Below are positions 40,418 to 50,582 of a stretch of 52,535 nt of DNA, piece by piece. The notes under the pieces are model-generated. The model saw only the letters and a program-made list of their open reading frames with translations. It made no database searches and had not been told where the DNA came from. The translations under genes and the position numbers were made by a program. The stretch is from a virus. Lineage: Duplodnaviria > Caudoviricetes. The first letter of the stretch is position 1, and every line of letters starts with the position of its first letter. The stretch covers positions 1-52,535 of the IMG/VR virus record IMGVR_UViG_3300047667_000935, one strand, 5' to 3'.

Positions 40418-41628
40418 AAAAAATTTCAACTACAACAATTTGTCCAGCAGTGTGGGATCATCTGTGCATTAACACAAACGGAAAGAATAGGTTATGTTGT
40501 AACTCTTATACACAACCCAACGACACGTTTTTAGATAACTTTGACAATCATTGGATTGAATACAGGGATAACATAAAAGAAGAGATGCTCAAAGGCAATA
40601 AACCCAAGGAGTGCAATAGCTGTTGGAAAAAAGAAGAGTTGGGCATAAGTAGTTTAAGACAAGGATTTATACATAAGTACGAACAGCGCGGAGAATGGGA
40701 TAACTTTATTAATAGTGTACACGAGACCAAGCAGTATCCTACGCAGTTAGATCTAAAATTAGGAAACTTTTGTAATTTGAGTTGTAGAATGTGTAGCAGT
40801 TACAGTAGTAGTAAATACGCATCTGAGTTTAAAAAAATAATTAAAGACACTGGCGTCGATTACGGTATTAACGAACACGAAAAAAACTATGTTCAAAATG
40901 ATTGGTATGATACTGAGCAGTTCTTTCAAGAGTTTGCCAACATGGTTGATCACGGTTTGCAAGATATCAAGTTTACTGGTGGCGAACCATTAATTGTTCC
41001 TAACGTAAGTAAGATATTAAATTATTGTTTCGACAACGACAAAGCTAAGGATATGAACTTAACAGTAATTACAAATGCTACAAAAATTAATACATCATGG
41101 ATTGACACCTTTTTAAAATTTATGCACACAAATGTTATTGTTAGCATCGATGGTGTTGAAGACATCTACGAATATATTCGCTATCCTGCAGACTGGAATG
41201 ACGTGTACAATAAGTTGAAGTTACTTTCAGAACACACACAATGGAAACTTACTGGTACACTTACTTTTACATTACAAATTTATAATATGTTACAAGCAGA
41301 GAAGATGATTGAGTTAAAGAGAGAATTAGGATTTAATATTAACGCAATTCCTTTAGATACTCCGAGTTATCTCGATGTCAGGAATGCACCAGCGGCATTA
41401 AAAGAAGATGCGTTAAAAATAGTTAATAAGGTTACTCCTATCGACGAACAAGAGAAATCTTTCTTAACAACTTTTAAAAATACAATAATGCAACCTGCTC
41501 TTGATGATGCAACTTTGCTGCAAGAGAAGTTTGTTGAAATATCTTTATTAAAAGATCCGTACAGAAAACAAGATTTAACTAAGACAGAAATTTGGAAATA
41601 TTATGAAATGCTTTGCAACAACAAATAG
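40414..41628 (+). CDS. Radical SAM protein with N-terminal twitch domain, 404 aa
   Basis: CPAVW...NGKNRLCC...CNSC; CNLSCRMC; TGGEPL; SIDG; YIRYP. Confidence 0.9.
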   Translation: MKKISTTTICPAVWDHLCINTNGKNRLCCNSYTQPNDTFLDNFDNHWIEYRDNIKEEMLKGNKPKECNSCWKKEELGISSLRQGFIHKYEQRGEWDNFINSVHETKQYPTQLDLKLGNFCNLSCRMCSSYSSSKYASEFKKIIKDTGVDYGINEHEKNYVQNDWYDTEQFFQEFANMVDHGLQDIKFTGGEPLIVPNVSKILNYCFDNDKAKDMNLTVITNATKINTSWIDTFLKFMHTNVIVSIDGVEDIYEYIRYPADWNDVYNKLKLLSEHTQWKLTGTLTFTLQIYNMLQAEKMIELKRELGFNINAIPLDTPSYLDVRNAPAALKEDALKIVNKVTPIDEQEKSFLTTFKNTIMQPALDDATLLQEKFVEISLLKDPYRKQDLTKTEIWKYYEMLCNNK

Positions 41629-42682
41629 CATCACTATTGACACACTAGGTGATATTAATCCTTGTTGTAAGTATCGTGGTAGTTATGGAAAATTAGACAC
41701 TTATAAAAATATAAGTGATATAAATTTCGACGACCTGACTAATGAATTAGCACAAGGCCAGTGGCGCCCGGAATGTAAATCGTGCAAGTTCGACGAAGGT
41801 ACCGGCGTGCGAAGTAGACGACAACGCTACGAAACACAATTTACCGATGATGATTTTTTATTAGATCTAAGTTTAGGAAACTTTTGTAATTTAAAATGTA
41901 GAATGTGCAGTCATGATAGCAGCACAAGTTGGTTTAGCGATAGCATTGCTTTAGGAATACCTAAAAAAGACCTAGTTGGCTTTCGGATAAGCAAATCACA
42001 AATTGATTCGTTAATTGCATTTTTGTCTACACTCGATAAGCGTATTGAAATCGAATTAAAAGGCGGTGAGCCATTAATGCATCCTAATTCGGAGTATTTC
42101 TTCCAGCAATTGATGGAGTTGTCAAAAACAAAAACAATCAAAATTAACTGTATTACCAATGGTACATTAGTTCCGGATTGGTTTGCAGATGCTATTGCTA
42201 ATATCGAAGTCGACCTTCAAATAAGCATTGACGGAGTGTACGATACTTACGAATATGTTCGAGGAGACAATACGCAGTCCTGGAATCAATGTTTGGAAAA
42301 AGTAGAACAATTTAGATCATTGCCAAACATAAAATTATCTTACAATTATGTTGTACAGAATACCACAGTTCATCATGTAGTACAATTTGCAAAATTGTTT
42401 AATGAAAGAATAAATTGGATTGTTCTCAACAGTCCGCGCTACATGGCAGTTAACGTTATGCCCGAATCTAGTAAGCAGAATATCATGGATCAGTTAAGTA
42501 CACTCAATGATGATAAAATTAATACTGTTATCAATTTAATGAAGACTCCGGTTGATCCTAAATTGTATGAACAGTTTATAACATACAGTGCTAAATTAGA
42601 CAAACTAAGAAATCAAGATTTAAAAACAGTGCTTCCGCACTTATTAGACAATACTGGAATTAAAATATATGACGCAATCTAA
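41603..42682 (+). CDS. Radical SAM protein with N-terminal twitch domain, 359 aa
   Basis: MKC...GDINPCC...CKSC; CNLKCRMC; GGEPL; ITNGT; SIDG. Confidence 0.9.
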   Translation: MKCFATTNSITIDTLGDINPCCKYRGSYGKLDTYKNISDINFDDLTNELAQGQWRPECKSCKFDEGTGVRSRRQRYETQFTDDDFLLDLSLGNFCNLKCRMCSHDSSTSWFSDSIALGIPKKDLVGFRISKSQIDSLIAFLSTLDKRIEIELKGGEPLMHPNSEYFFQQLMELSKTKTIKINCITNGTLVPDWFADAIANIEVDLQISIDGVYDTYEYVRGDNTQSWNQCLEKVEQFRSLPNIKLSYNYVVQNTTVHHVVQFAKLFNERINWIVLNSPRYMAVNVMPESSKQNIMDQLSTLNDDKINTVINLMKTPVDPKLYEQFITYSAKLDKLRNQDLKTVLPHLLDNTGIKIYDAI

Positions 42683-43832
42683 AACATTTTGTATTCTACC
42701 ATGGATGCATCTTGCAACAACAGCAAGCGGAAACTTGCGAGTATGTTGCAACAGTACTCCGAAAAAAAACGTTATTACCAAAGAAGATGGGTCGCCTTAC
42801 AAATTGCACGAAGACGATTTAGAAGAAGCGTGGAACAGCGAAGTATATACTACCATTCGTAAGCAAATGATCAATGGCGACCGCCCAGAAATGTGTCAAC
42901 GTTGTTTTGGAGAAGAAGACGTCGGCATAAAAAGTACCAGACAAAGCTGGAACAAAAAATGGCAAGAAGATGGTGAATACACAGTTGATGCTCCATTTGA
43001 CATAAAATATGTTGATCTGCGATTAGGTAATTTATGCAACTTGAAATGTCGCATGTGCAATCCATATTCGAGTAACATGTGGGTCAAAGAATGGCATTTG
43101 ATCGACGATGCACTAACTGAAAGCGAATACAAAAGACTTAGTAATATGAATTGGCCCGAAAAAGAAAAGACGTGGGAAAACTTGTTTAGCATTGCACACA
43201 CTGTAGATGAAATATATCTAACAGGCGGCGAACCTACAGTTATTAAAGAACAACAACGATTATTAGATTATTTCATCAACAATGGTACTGCAAAAGATAT
43301 TCGGTTAAAATACAATACTAATTTGGTTAAACTGCCGCCGTGGCTACTTGAACGCTGGACCCACTTTAAGCGAGTTCAACTTAACTGTTCGATAGACGCC
43401 ACTGGCGCATTAGACCATTATATTAGATACCCGAGCAACTGGGACACAATTGTAAAGAACTTTGAAAAAATTAGAGAACTACCTAACGCAGGAATCGAAA
43501 TACATTGTACAGTTCAGATGTATAATATTTTACGATTGCCCGAATTAATCAATTGGGCCGAGCCGTATGGACATAAAATATACTTTAACATTTTAAATCA
43601 TCCAGCTGAGTTAAATATCAGGGTATTGCCAGGCCATTTAAAAGATCAAGCAGCAGCACAGCTACAACCATACTTACATTTAGAAAAAGTGCAAGGTATC
43701 ATTGATTATATGTATGCCGAAGACTGGAATGACAAGTATGATAAATTTTTATCGTATACTTCTGCATTGGATAAAAGTAGAGATGAAAAATTAATTGACA
43801 TTATTCCGGAATTAGTGTATAATAAAGTATGA
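42669..43832 (+). CDS. Radical SAM protein with N-terminal twitch domain, 387 aa
   Basis: FCILPW...GNLRVCC...CQRC; CNLKCRMC; TGGEPT; SID; YIRYP. Confidence 0.9.
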   Translation: MTQSKTFCILPWMHLATTASGNLRVCCNSTPKKNVITKEDGSPYKLHEDDLEEAWNSEVYTTIRKQMINGDRPEMCQRCFGEEDVGIKSTRQSWNKKWQEDGEYTVDAPFDIKYVDLRLGNLCNLKCRMCNPYSSNMWVKEWHLIDDALTESEYKRLSNMNWPEKEKTWENLFSIAHTVDEIYLTGGEPTVIKEQQRLLDYFINNGTAKDIRLKYNTNLVKLPPWLLERWTHFKRVQLNCSIDATGALDHYIRYPSNWDTIVKNFEKIRELPNAGIEIHCTVQMYNILRLPELINWAEPYGHKIYFNILNHPAELNIRVLPGHLKDQAAAQLQPYLHLEKVQGIIDYMYAEDWNDKYDKFLSYTSALDKSRDEKLIDIIPELVYNKV

Positions 43833-44938
43833 ATCAAGATTTAAAATGGAGCGAGTACGACTTTACAAAGATACCGCTTGACGATATTGTACAAGTAGGA
43901 CAGCGATCCCTTCTTTATAAAGATGTGTTTACAGTTTCTTGGTTACTGGGAAGATTTTGTAATTACAAATGTAGCTACTGTTGGCCATATGCCCGTAGTA
44001 ATACCAAGGATCACCGGCCCACTGATGTTTGTTTGAGCACCATTGACGAAATAAAACGTCAAGCTAGAAAAAACGGATTCAACAGCTTTCACTTCAGCTT
44101 GAGCGGAGGCGAGCCTACGTTCCATCCAGGGTACCTTGCTATGCTCAAACACCTTGCTGCTGACGTCGAGAACACAAATTATACATCCGTACACATGACT
44201 AGTAATTGCAGTCGTACTATGCGGTGGTTTGAGGAGTATGCAGAAATTGCAAAATCCTTCCATCGTGCTAGCATTACTGCAAGTTTGCACACAGAACATC
44301 TAAACACAACAGAAAAGCTGCAAGACTTTGCAGACAAATTGATTTATTGTCAAGAGCACGATATACAAGTTACTATTAACATGGTCATGGTTCCTGAATG
44401 GTTTGACAATGATTGGAACAATGCATTATTCTTCCATAACCAAGGAATTAACGTTACTCTCAAGCCAATGAGTGACCCAACTGCTTCGCGAATTGTAGAC
44501 GGGTACACTGAAGAAATGCTCAAGGCATTGTATAACGGAATGCCTCAACGAGCGTATACAGAAGCCAGGCGTGTTTGGAAAGACCGCCCTACTGCAACCT
44601 TTGAAATGCCAAAGGAAATTATCAGGGCAAACGATGCAAGCGTACCGTCTCATATGCAAATAGAACTAGAAGACAAAGACGGCAAAAAATGGTATATGGA
44701 TCAGGCAGAACGGTTTAATGCATTTAATTTTAATAAGTTTAAAGGATGGAGTTGCAATGCTGGATATCAAGGAATTATTATACGCGAGCCTGATGGAAGT
44801 GTCAAGCGTTCCTATTCTTGTCAAGATGTACCTCTTGGTAATATAGAAACAGGTTTCGAACTGTTTAACAAACCGATGCCTTGTATAACGGATAGTTGTG
44901 TAAGCAGCGCCGATTCAAAGATCCCTAAGAGGAAATAA
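43829..44938 (+). CDS. Radical SAM protein with short C-terminal Cys cluster, 369 aa
   Basis: CNYKCSYC; SGGEPT; C-terminal WSCNAG...DGSV...C...LGNI...C...C. Confidence 0.9.
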   Translation: MNQDLKWSEYDFTKIPLDDIVQVGQRSLLYKDVFTVSWLLGRFCNYKCSYCWPYARSNTKDHRPTDVCLSTIDEIKRQARKNGFNSFHFSLSGGEPTFHPGYLAMLKHLAADVENTNYTSVHMTSNCSRTMRWFEEYAEIAKSFHRASITASLHTEHLNTTEKLQDFADKLIYCQEHDIQVTINMVMVPEWFDNDWNNALFFHNQGINVTLKPMSDPTASRIVDGYTEEMLKALYNGMPQRAYTEARRVWKDRPTATFEMPKEIIRANDASVPSHMQIELEDKDGKKWYMDQAERFNAFNFNKFKGWSCNAGYQGIIIREPDGSVKRSYSCQDVPLGNIETGFELFNKPMPCITDSCVSSADSKIPKRK

Positions 44939-44947
44939 CGGAAATAG

Positions 44948-45508
44948 ATGAAATATTTTAATAAAATTAACTTGCCAACTTTTTTAAATGCACAAAAAGA
45001 TCTCGACTCTCTTATAGATAATAAAATAATAAAATGGCATCATAAACAAATTTGTTTAAATTGCATAGGCAGTACAGATGATCCGTATCTAGGCACCGGT
45101 AGTCTATACTACGATTGGGATAAAATCGATATTTCTTTGATAAACTCAAAAAATGATGTGCCTGTAAAAGATGTAATATACAACGAAGAAGATTTTACAG
45201 AGTTGTGTACTAAATTTAAAAATACAGTGTTTGAAGAGATGTATCTTTTGTTAAAAACAAATTATAAATTAGGCAGGGTAAGACTTATGAAGAGCATGCC
45301 CAAGACTTGTTTATCATGGCACGTCGATGACAGTAAACGATTACATTATCCAATTATAACAAACGATGGATGTTTTATGATAATTAAGGACGAGACATTA
45401 CATTTAGAATCCAACAATTGGTATCTTACTAATACAACAGTAGAACATACTGCACTAAACGCTTCGTTTTCTCCTAGGGTGCATTTAGTTGCAACAATAT
45501 TGGATTAA
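44948..45508 (+). CDS. 2OG-Fe(II)/cupin oxygenase (Asp/Asn beta-hydroxylase-like), 186 aa
   Basis: RVRLM...WHVD...RLHYPIITN...NTTVEHTALN...RVHLV (HxD...H...R). Confidence 0.75.
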   Translation: MKYFNKINLPTFLNAQKDLDSLIDNKIIKWHHKQICLNCIGSTDDPYLGTGSLYYDWDKIDISLINSKNDVPVKDVIYNEEDFTELCTKFKNTVFEEMYLLLKTNYKLGRVRLMKSMPKTCLSWHVDDSKRLHYPIITNDGCFMIIKDETLHLESNNWYLTNTTVEHTALNASFSPRVHLVATILD

Positions 45509-45510
45509 CT

Positions 45511-46569
45511 ATGATTTATACAGAATGGGGAAGATTAAAAGAAGTTATTGTAGGGAAAGTTTATGATCCTTCGATGGTCGAATTTATGGAAAACGGTAAT
45601 TATAAAAGTATGCTTCAGCAAGTGTTACACGAAACTGAGGAAGATTTTCAAAAATTAGTTAAAATTTTTAAAGACTTTAATGTTATAGTACACAGGCCCA
45701 ACAATGTAAATCTTAAAACAATACAAACGACACAGTGGACTAGTAAATATCCACTCCCGGCTATATGTCCTAGAGATTTTCATATTGCGTACGGCGATAC
45801 TATTATTAATACTATAGGAGGCGATCCTAATAGATTTTTTGAAAGTTTATACTTTCATGATATAATGTTAGATAAAATGAGTCAAGGATCTAATTTTATT
45901 AGTATGCCAAAGCCATTACTTCCGTCTTACTACGAAAACTATGCTATGCAAGAACAATTAATTTTATATCATAGTGCTAATATTATTAAATGTGGTGATA
46001 GCTTGCTGCATACAAGACCGTATGATGACCAGGAATATCCTGAGCGCCGCATTAATCAAAAAGGCAGAGGTACATACACTGGCTTAAACTGGCTAAAACA
46101 TAATTTGCCCAATGAAACTAAATGGATAGAAGTACCTGCTGCTGGCCACGTCGATGGAAAAATCGCATTATTAAGACCTGGTCTTTTAATGGTGCATGAT
46201 GAAAAAATTATTCCAAATGAATTGCAACATTGGGATAGAGTTATTGTAGAAAAGCATGAGTTACCAGATAATATTCAGAGCAGAATTAAGCAAGAATTTT
46301 ATAATGATTTTGTAATGAATAACATTCCACACTGGGTAGGATTTGAAGACTTACCAGGAGAAACTATTTTTGATGTAAATGTAATTAGTATAGATGAAAA
46401 TACTGTAATTACTAATTGTTATAATGAACATGTTTTTAAAGAATGTGCAAAAAGAGGAATTGAATGCATCCCGTTTGATTTTAGGCACAGATTTTTTTGG
46501 GATTGTGGTATACATTGTATTACTTTAGATTTAGTAAGAGATGATAAAAAAGAAGATTATATAAAATGA
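45511..46569 (+). CDS. Amidinotransferase family protein (glycine/inosamine-phosphate amidinotransferase-like), copy 1, 352 aa
   Basis: TEWGRLKEVIVG, VHRP, CPRD, GLNWL, HVDG, LRPGL, NVISID, GIHCITLD. Confidence 0.85.
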   Translation: MIYTEWGRLKEVIVGKVYDPSMVEFMENGNYKSMLQQVLHETEEDFQKLVKIFKDFNVIVHRPNNVNLKTIQTTQWTSKYPLPAICPRDFHIAYGDTIINTIGGDPNRFFESLYFHDIMLDKMSQGSNFISMPKPLLPSYYENYAMQEQLILYHSANIIKCGDSLLHTRPYDDQEYPERRINQKGRGTYTGLNWLKHNLPNETKWIEVPAAGHVDGKIALLRPGLLMVHDEKIIPNELQHWDRVIVEKHELPDNIQSRIKQEFYNDFVMNNIPHWVGFEDLPGETIFDVNVISIDENTVITNCYNEHVFKECAKRGIECIPFDFRHRFFWDCGIHCITLDLVRDDKKEDYIK

Positions 46570-47771
46570 AGCAAGATTTAGTTATATTTATAAACTGTGC
46601 CAGAGACCATTATGATGTTTGCAAAGAAGTTAGAAACACTTTTCCTAATGTAGTTATATCAATAGTGTGGACCGACGAAAACACAAAGAATTTAATTTAT
46701 AATTTACATAAAAGTGATACACACAGTTATAATTTTGAAGAAGTTTATACAGAAGATCTTATACGGCACTATATTAAAAATTACAATATACTAGCAGTTG
46801 TGCCTGGCGGCGACGACAGTGTTGATTTAGCATTAAGGCTACAAAATAGACTAACCCCTAACACGTCAAATTCTCTACAGACAATAGGAATCATTGCAGA
46901 CAAGAATTGCTATTTAGATTTGTTAAATTCTCACGGAATAGTAAAAACTAAACAATATAAACTAGATAGTATAGAATCATTTCCGGTTGTTATAAAACCT
47001 AAATTTAGTAAGGGCGGCAGCGAAAATGTCTGGATAGTTGAAAACACCGATCAGATTCCTAACAATATTAATTATGACGACTTTGTAGCACAAGAATATA
47101 TTAACGGAACAGAATACACTATTGATATGGCGTCAATAAATGGCGAGCATCATTTACTGTTAGCATCAAAGTACGATAAATTTAAAGATGAATTATGGCA
47201 ATATAAAGAAAGTATTGTCGATTATCCCAAAGAATGTTACTTAATTCGAGATATTTTTGAATATCTATCTCAGTGTTTAGATGCCCTTGATTGGAAATTT
47301 GGAATTACTTGTGCGCAAGTAATTGTCGGAAAGTCAATAGACTTGGTTGAAATTAATTTTAGAAAACATGGACATATAAATGACAATGCTGTTAAAAAAT
47401 CCACAGGTATAAAATTATCTACACATATGTCTAATATATACTTGACTCCGGAGGTCTTTAAAAACAGAATTCCTATGTATGATTACTATCAACCTTATGA
47501 TAGATTTTGGGTTAACATAGAAAAAGAGACTTATATAGAAACCCTTGATTGGAGTAAAGTAGAAACTTTAGATAGTTATGTTGGTAAAATAGATCATTCT
47601 ATACTCTTTAGTTTTCCTGGAACAATAAAGAAGTCAACAAGTATGCTTTCAAGTTTTGGAATGGTTTCGATGTCTCATCATAATAAAGATATTTACAAAA
47701 AAGATGTTGACACTTATTTTGAATGGTGGAAAAAGGCCACAAACAATTTACAGGAGCAATTGCAACCATAA
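46566..47771 (+). CDS. ATP-grasp domain protein, 401 aa
   Basis: ADK, FPVVIKP..SKGGSENV, VAQEYINGTEYTID, LVEINFR. Confidence 0.85.
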   Translation: MKQDLVIFINCARDHYDVCKEVRNTFPNVVISIVWTDENTKNLIYNLHKSDTHSYNFEEVYTEDLIRHYIKNYNILAVVPGGDDSVDLALRLQNRLTPNTSNSLQTIGIIADKNCYLDLLNSHGIVKTKQYKLDSIESFPVVIKPKFSKGGSENVWIVENTDQIPNNINYDDFVAQEYINGTEYTIDMASINGEHHLLLASKYDKFKDELWQYKESIVDYPKECYLIRDIFEYLSQCLDALDWKFGITCAQVIVGKSIDLVEINFRKHGHINDNAVKKSTGIKLSTHMSNIYLTPEVFKNRIPMYDYYQPYDRFWVNIEKETYIETLDWSKVETLDSYVGKIDHSILFSFPGTIKKSTSMLSSFGMVSMSHHNKDIYKKDVDTYFEWWKKATNNLQEQLQP

Positions 47772-47774
47772 ATA
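47768..47774 (+). promoter_or_regulatory. Putative late promoter (ATAAATA)
   Basis: Overlaps the ATP-grasp stop codon; 5 nt before the in-frame ATG at 47780. Confidence 0.55.
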
Positions 47775-47779
47775 CTGTT

Positions 47780-48223
47780 ATGCTATTATTTAATGATTTT
47801 AAAAAAGCATTCTTAAGTTGGAGTGAAACGTTAATTGAATCTAAACAGGAATCGGGCTCTCCGATTTGTCCATACGCACGCAAAGCAAGACTGCAAAATA
47901 AAATACAGTTTATAGATGCTCGTGAATCTTTATTAGAACTTAATAATTTTGAACGAGATACTTTTGAAATTGGCATTGCATGGCTAGGTGACATAGATAA
48001 CATTGCACCTGTAGAAAAATTTTGCGAGGAATCTATGATTGCTAATCCTGATCTACTGTATTTTACCAGTACAAGAAGCAGTGGACACTTTGCAAAGAAC
48101 TTTACAGATTGTGTGTTTATTCAATTAAAAGATGATATACTTACAAAACGCAAGCACTTAAAAAGTACTGGATATTATGATAATTGGCCAGAGAATTATT
48201 ATAACAAAATTATGGAAAGTTAA
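47780..48223 (+). CDS. Hypothetical protein with CPYA motif (DUF1415-like), 147 aa
   Basis: W...LIE......PICPYARKA and C-terminal GYYDNW; start moved from 47723 to remove a long overlap. Confidence 0.6.
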   Translation: MLLFNDFKKAFLSWSETLIESKQESGSPICPYARKARLQNKIQFIDARESLLELNNFERDTFEIGIAWLGDIDNIAPVEKFCEESMIANPDLLYFTSTRSSGHFAKNFTDCVFIQLKDDILTKRKHLKSTGYYDNWPENYYNKIMES

Positions 48224-48224
48224 T

Positions 48225-48851
48225 ATGACAACTACTAATCTTTTTTCAACACCTATAATGAAAAAAAATCTTAATTCGTTAAACTTAGACAAGTTCAGAG
48301 AGCGTATCATTACACTGATAGACACTGATGATTACGGAGATCATATATCTGTAAAGGGAATGGCTGCTGCAAAAGTTATTAATACGTTTGGCATTGAAAA
48401 AGCAATGCATTTGTGGCCCGAAACAGAGGAATTAGTAGAAAATGTTAACCAATCACTTAAAGAATACTGGAAAATTTTAAATTATCACCCTGCCCTAAAA
48501 CCGTTTATTAATGAAATGTGGGCAACAATATCTTTTAAAGAAGGGTATGTACCGAGTCACTTTCATGGACCATCGCCAATAAATGCAATATTCTACTTAG
48601 ATAAAACTGAATATGCTGGTAATTTAGTATTCCAGAATCCTTTAGAACTTGTATTAGGATCTCAACCGATAAACTTTCCGTTTGACGAATTTGCACATGT
48701 TGAAAATTTAACACAAGGAGACTTAATTTTGTTTCCTGGGTACATCAGGCATTCGACAGAAGTAAACTATGCTGATGGTTATAGAATTAGCATAGGAATG
48801 AACATAGGGTCAACTGGTAAGTATATTACATCTCAGTGGATTAATAAATGA
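48225..48851 (+). CDS. Putative 2OG-Fe(II) oxygenase (TIGR02466-like)
   Basis: LFSTPI, EMWA, SHFH, FYL, GNLVFQNP, GDLILFPGYIRH, RISIGMN; ATG 48225 follows the upstream stop. Confidence 0.8.
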   Translation: MTTTNLFSTPIMKKNLNSLNLDKFRERIITLIDTDDYGDHISVKGMAAAKVINTFGIEKAMHLWPETEELVENVNQSLKEYWKILNYHPALKPFINEMWATISFKEGYVPSHFHGPSPINAIFYLDKTEYAGNLVFQNPLELVLGSQPINFPFDEFAHVENLTQGDLILFPGYIRHSTEVNYADGYRISIGMNIGSTGKYITSQWINK

Positions 48852-49870
48852 TATACACCGAATGGGATAAACTTACAGAAGTAATTGTAGGATCGGCATA
48901 TAACTTAGAGTCTTTGAATCAATTCGACGATAATGAGTTTGTCGACGGAATGAGCAAGATTCTTACCGAGACGGAAGAAGATTTTCAAAAGCTAACAATG
49001 CTTTTTCAAAGCCATGGGGTCGATGTGCATCGACCCAAGCAGTTACCTTTATTAGAAGAAAAGACCAGAAATTGGTCCTCGCTATTTCCGTACCCTGCAA
49101 TATGCCCTAGGGACTTTCATATTGCATACGGTAGTCAAATACTTTCGACTATAGGCGGCGATTGTAATAGGTACACTGAAAGTGATTATTTTTTAGAAAT
49201 AATGTTAGAAAAATATGCACAAGGCAGAAATTATATTAGCATGCCTAAGCCGTTACTGAGTAATGATTATTGGGAATACGAAAAGTTAGAAGGACAGATA
49301 CTGTTTCATGCTGCAAATATTATCAAGTGCGGCGACGCCCTGTTACATACACAACCTTATGCGCCAGGGCAACACGGCAGAGGAACAAAGGCTGGCCTAG
49401 AATGGATAAAACGTAATATCGGATATGATGTTAAATGGATAGAAATTCCAAGAACGGGGCATATTGATGGGAAAATTGCACTATTAAAACCTGGCCTATT
49501 GCTTTGTTGGGACTCGGCTGCAATTCCTGAAGAATTAAAAAGTTGGGATTACATTAAAATAGAAAGAACCCCTTTGCCAAATTATTTTAATGAAATCAAA
49601 ATAAGACATTTCTACAAGGATAAAGTTACAAATTGGTTAAATCACTGGATAGGATATGTAGACGAAACTGTGTTTGATCTTAATGTTATAAGTATAGACC
49701 AGAACACAGTTATAACAAATGGATACGATCCTAAAATAGAACGTACTCTTAAAAAGCACGGCATTGAAATGATACCTTTTGATTTTAGACACAAATATTT
49801 TTGGGATAGCGGGTTACATTGTGTAACACTTGATTTAAGTAGAGAAGGTGAAAAACAGACATATGTATAA
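48848..49870 (+). CDS. Amidinotransferase family protein, copy 2, 340 aa
   Basis: TEWDKLTEVIVG, CPRD, HIDG, GLHCVTLD; collinear with copy 1. Confidence 0.85.
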   Translation: MIYTEWDKLTEVIVGSAYNLESLNQFDDNEFVDGMSKILTETEEDFQKLTMLFQSHGVDVHRPKQLPLLEEKTRNWSSLFPYPAICPRDFHIAYGSQILSTIGGDCNRYTESDYFLEIMLEKYAQGRNYISMPKPLLSNDYWEYEKLEGQILFHAANIIKCGDALLHTQPYAPGQHGRGTKAGLEWIKRNIGYDVKWIEIPRTGHIDGKIALLKPGLLLCWDSAAIPEELKSWDYIKIERTPLPNYFNEIKIRHFYKDKVTNWLNHWIGYVDETVFDLNVISIDQNTVITNGYDPKIERTLKKHGIEMIPFDFRHKYFWDSGLHCVTLDLSREGEKQTYV

Positions 49871-50582
49871 TATTATTATGAATACACCCGAAGCATTAGT
49901 GATAGATGACTTTTTGCCTCAAGACATCTGGAATAGAATATGGAATCAAGTTCAGATTGATAAATGGACTCAAACAGGAGCCGATGATAAGTTTTGGCAT
50001 TATACCGATGGCGCCAACTATAAAAATCAAAAAAGATGGCTAACAGAGGGGCCGTTTAACGATAATAGCGATTTATGGTTTGATCATTTTACAAAATTTT
50101 TAGATACTTGTCCCGAAGCTAAACCTTTTGCAAAGGACTATATTGAAATAGCTATGCGATGTCATACTTATCCAGCAGGAAGTAAAAATCCCTGGCACAA
50201 CGATTTAGGTTTTACTACCTACACATATTACTTGCATAAACATTGGCAAATTAATTGGGATAGTACATTGCTAATAGTTCCACTTGATATTATAGATTAC
50301 CAACAATTGTTAACTTTAGAAAACGGTTCCGTGCATCATGACGGTTACACTAGCACAAACAGCCCTATGGAAATGTTTCAACAAAAAGAAAAATATCAGT
50401 CAATTATTGATCATGGCATTGGCTTTTTTGTAAGTCCTAAGCCTAATAGATTAATATTAATAAACAAAAAAGTAGTTCATGGTATAACAGCAGTTGATAA
50501 AGATGCTGGAGAAAATATGAGGGTGTCTCTTACTGGCATGATTATGGAAAGTGATTGGAAAGAAACAAATGATCTATTTTAA
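49863..50582 (+). CDS. 2OG-Fe(II) oxygenase (prolyl-hydroxylase-like)
   Basis: VIDDFLP, WHND, YYLHKHW..NW, PKPNRLI, HGI, RVSL. Confidence 0.8.
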   Translation: MYNIIMNTPEALVIDDFLPQDIWNRIWNQVQIDKWTQTGADDKFWHYTDGANYKNQKRWLTEGPFNDNSDLWFDHFTKFLDTCPEAKPFAKDYIEIAMRCHTYPAGSKNPWHNDLGFTTYTYYLHKHWQINWDSTLLIVPLDIIDYQQLLTLENGSVHHDGYTSTNSPMEMFQQKEKYQSIIDHGIGFFVSPKPNRLILINKKVVHGITAVDKDAGENMRVSLTGMIMESDWKETNDLF

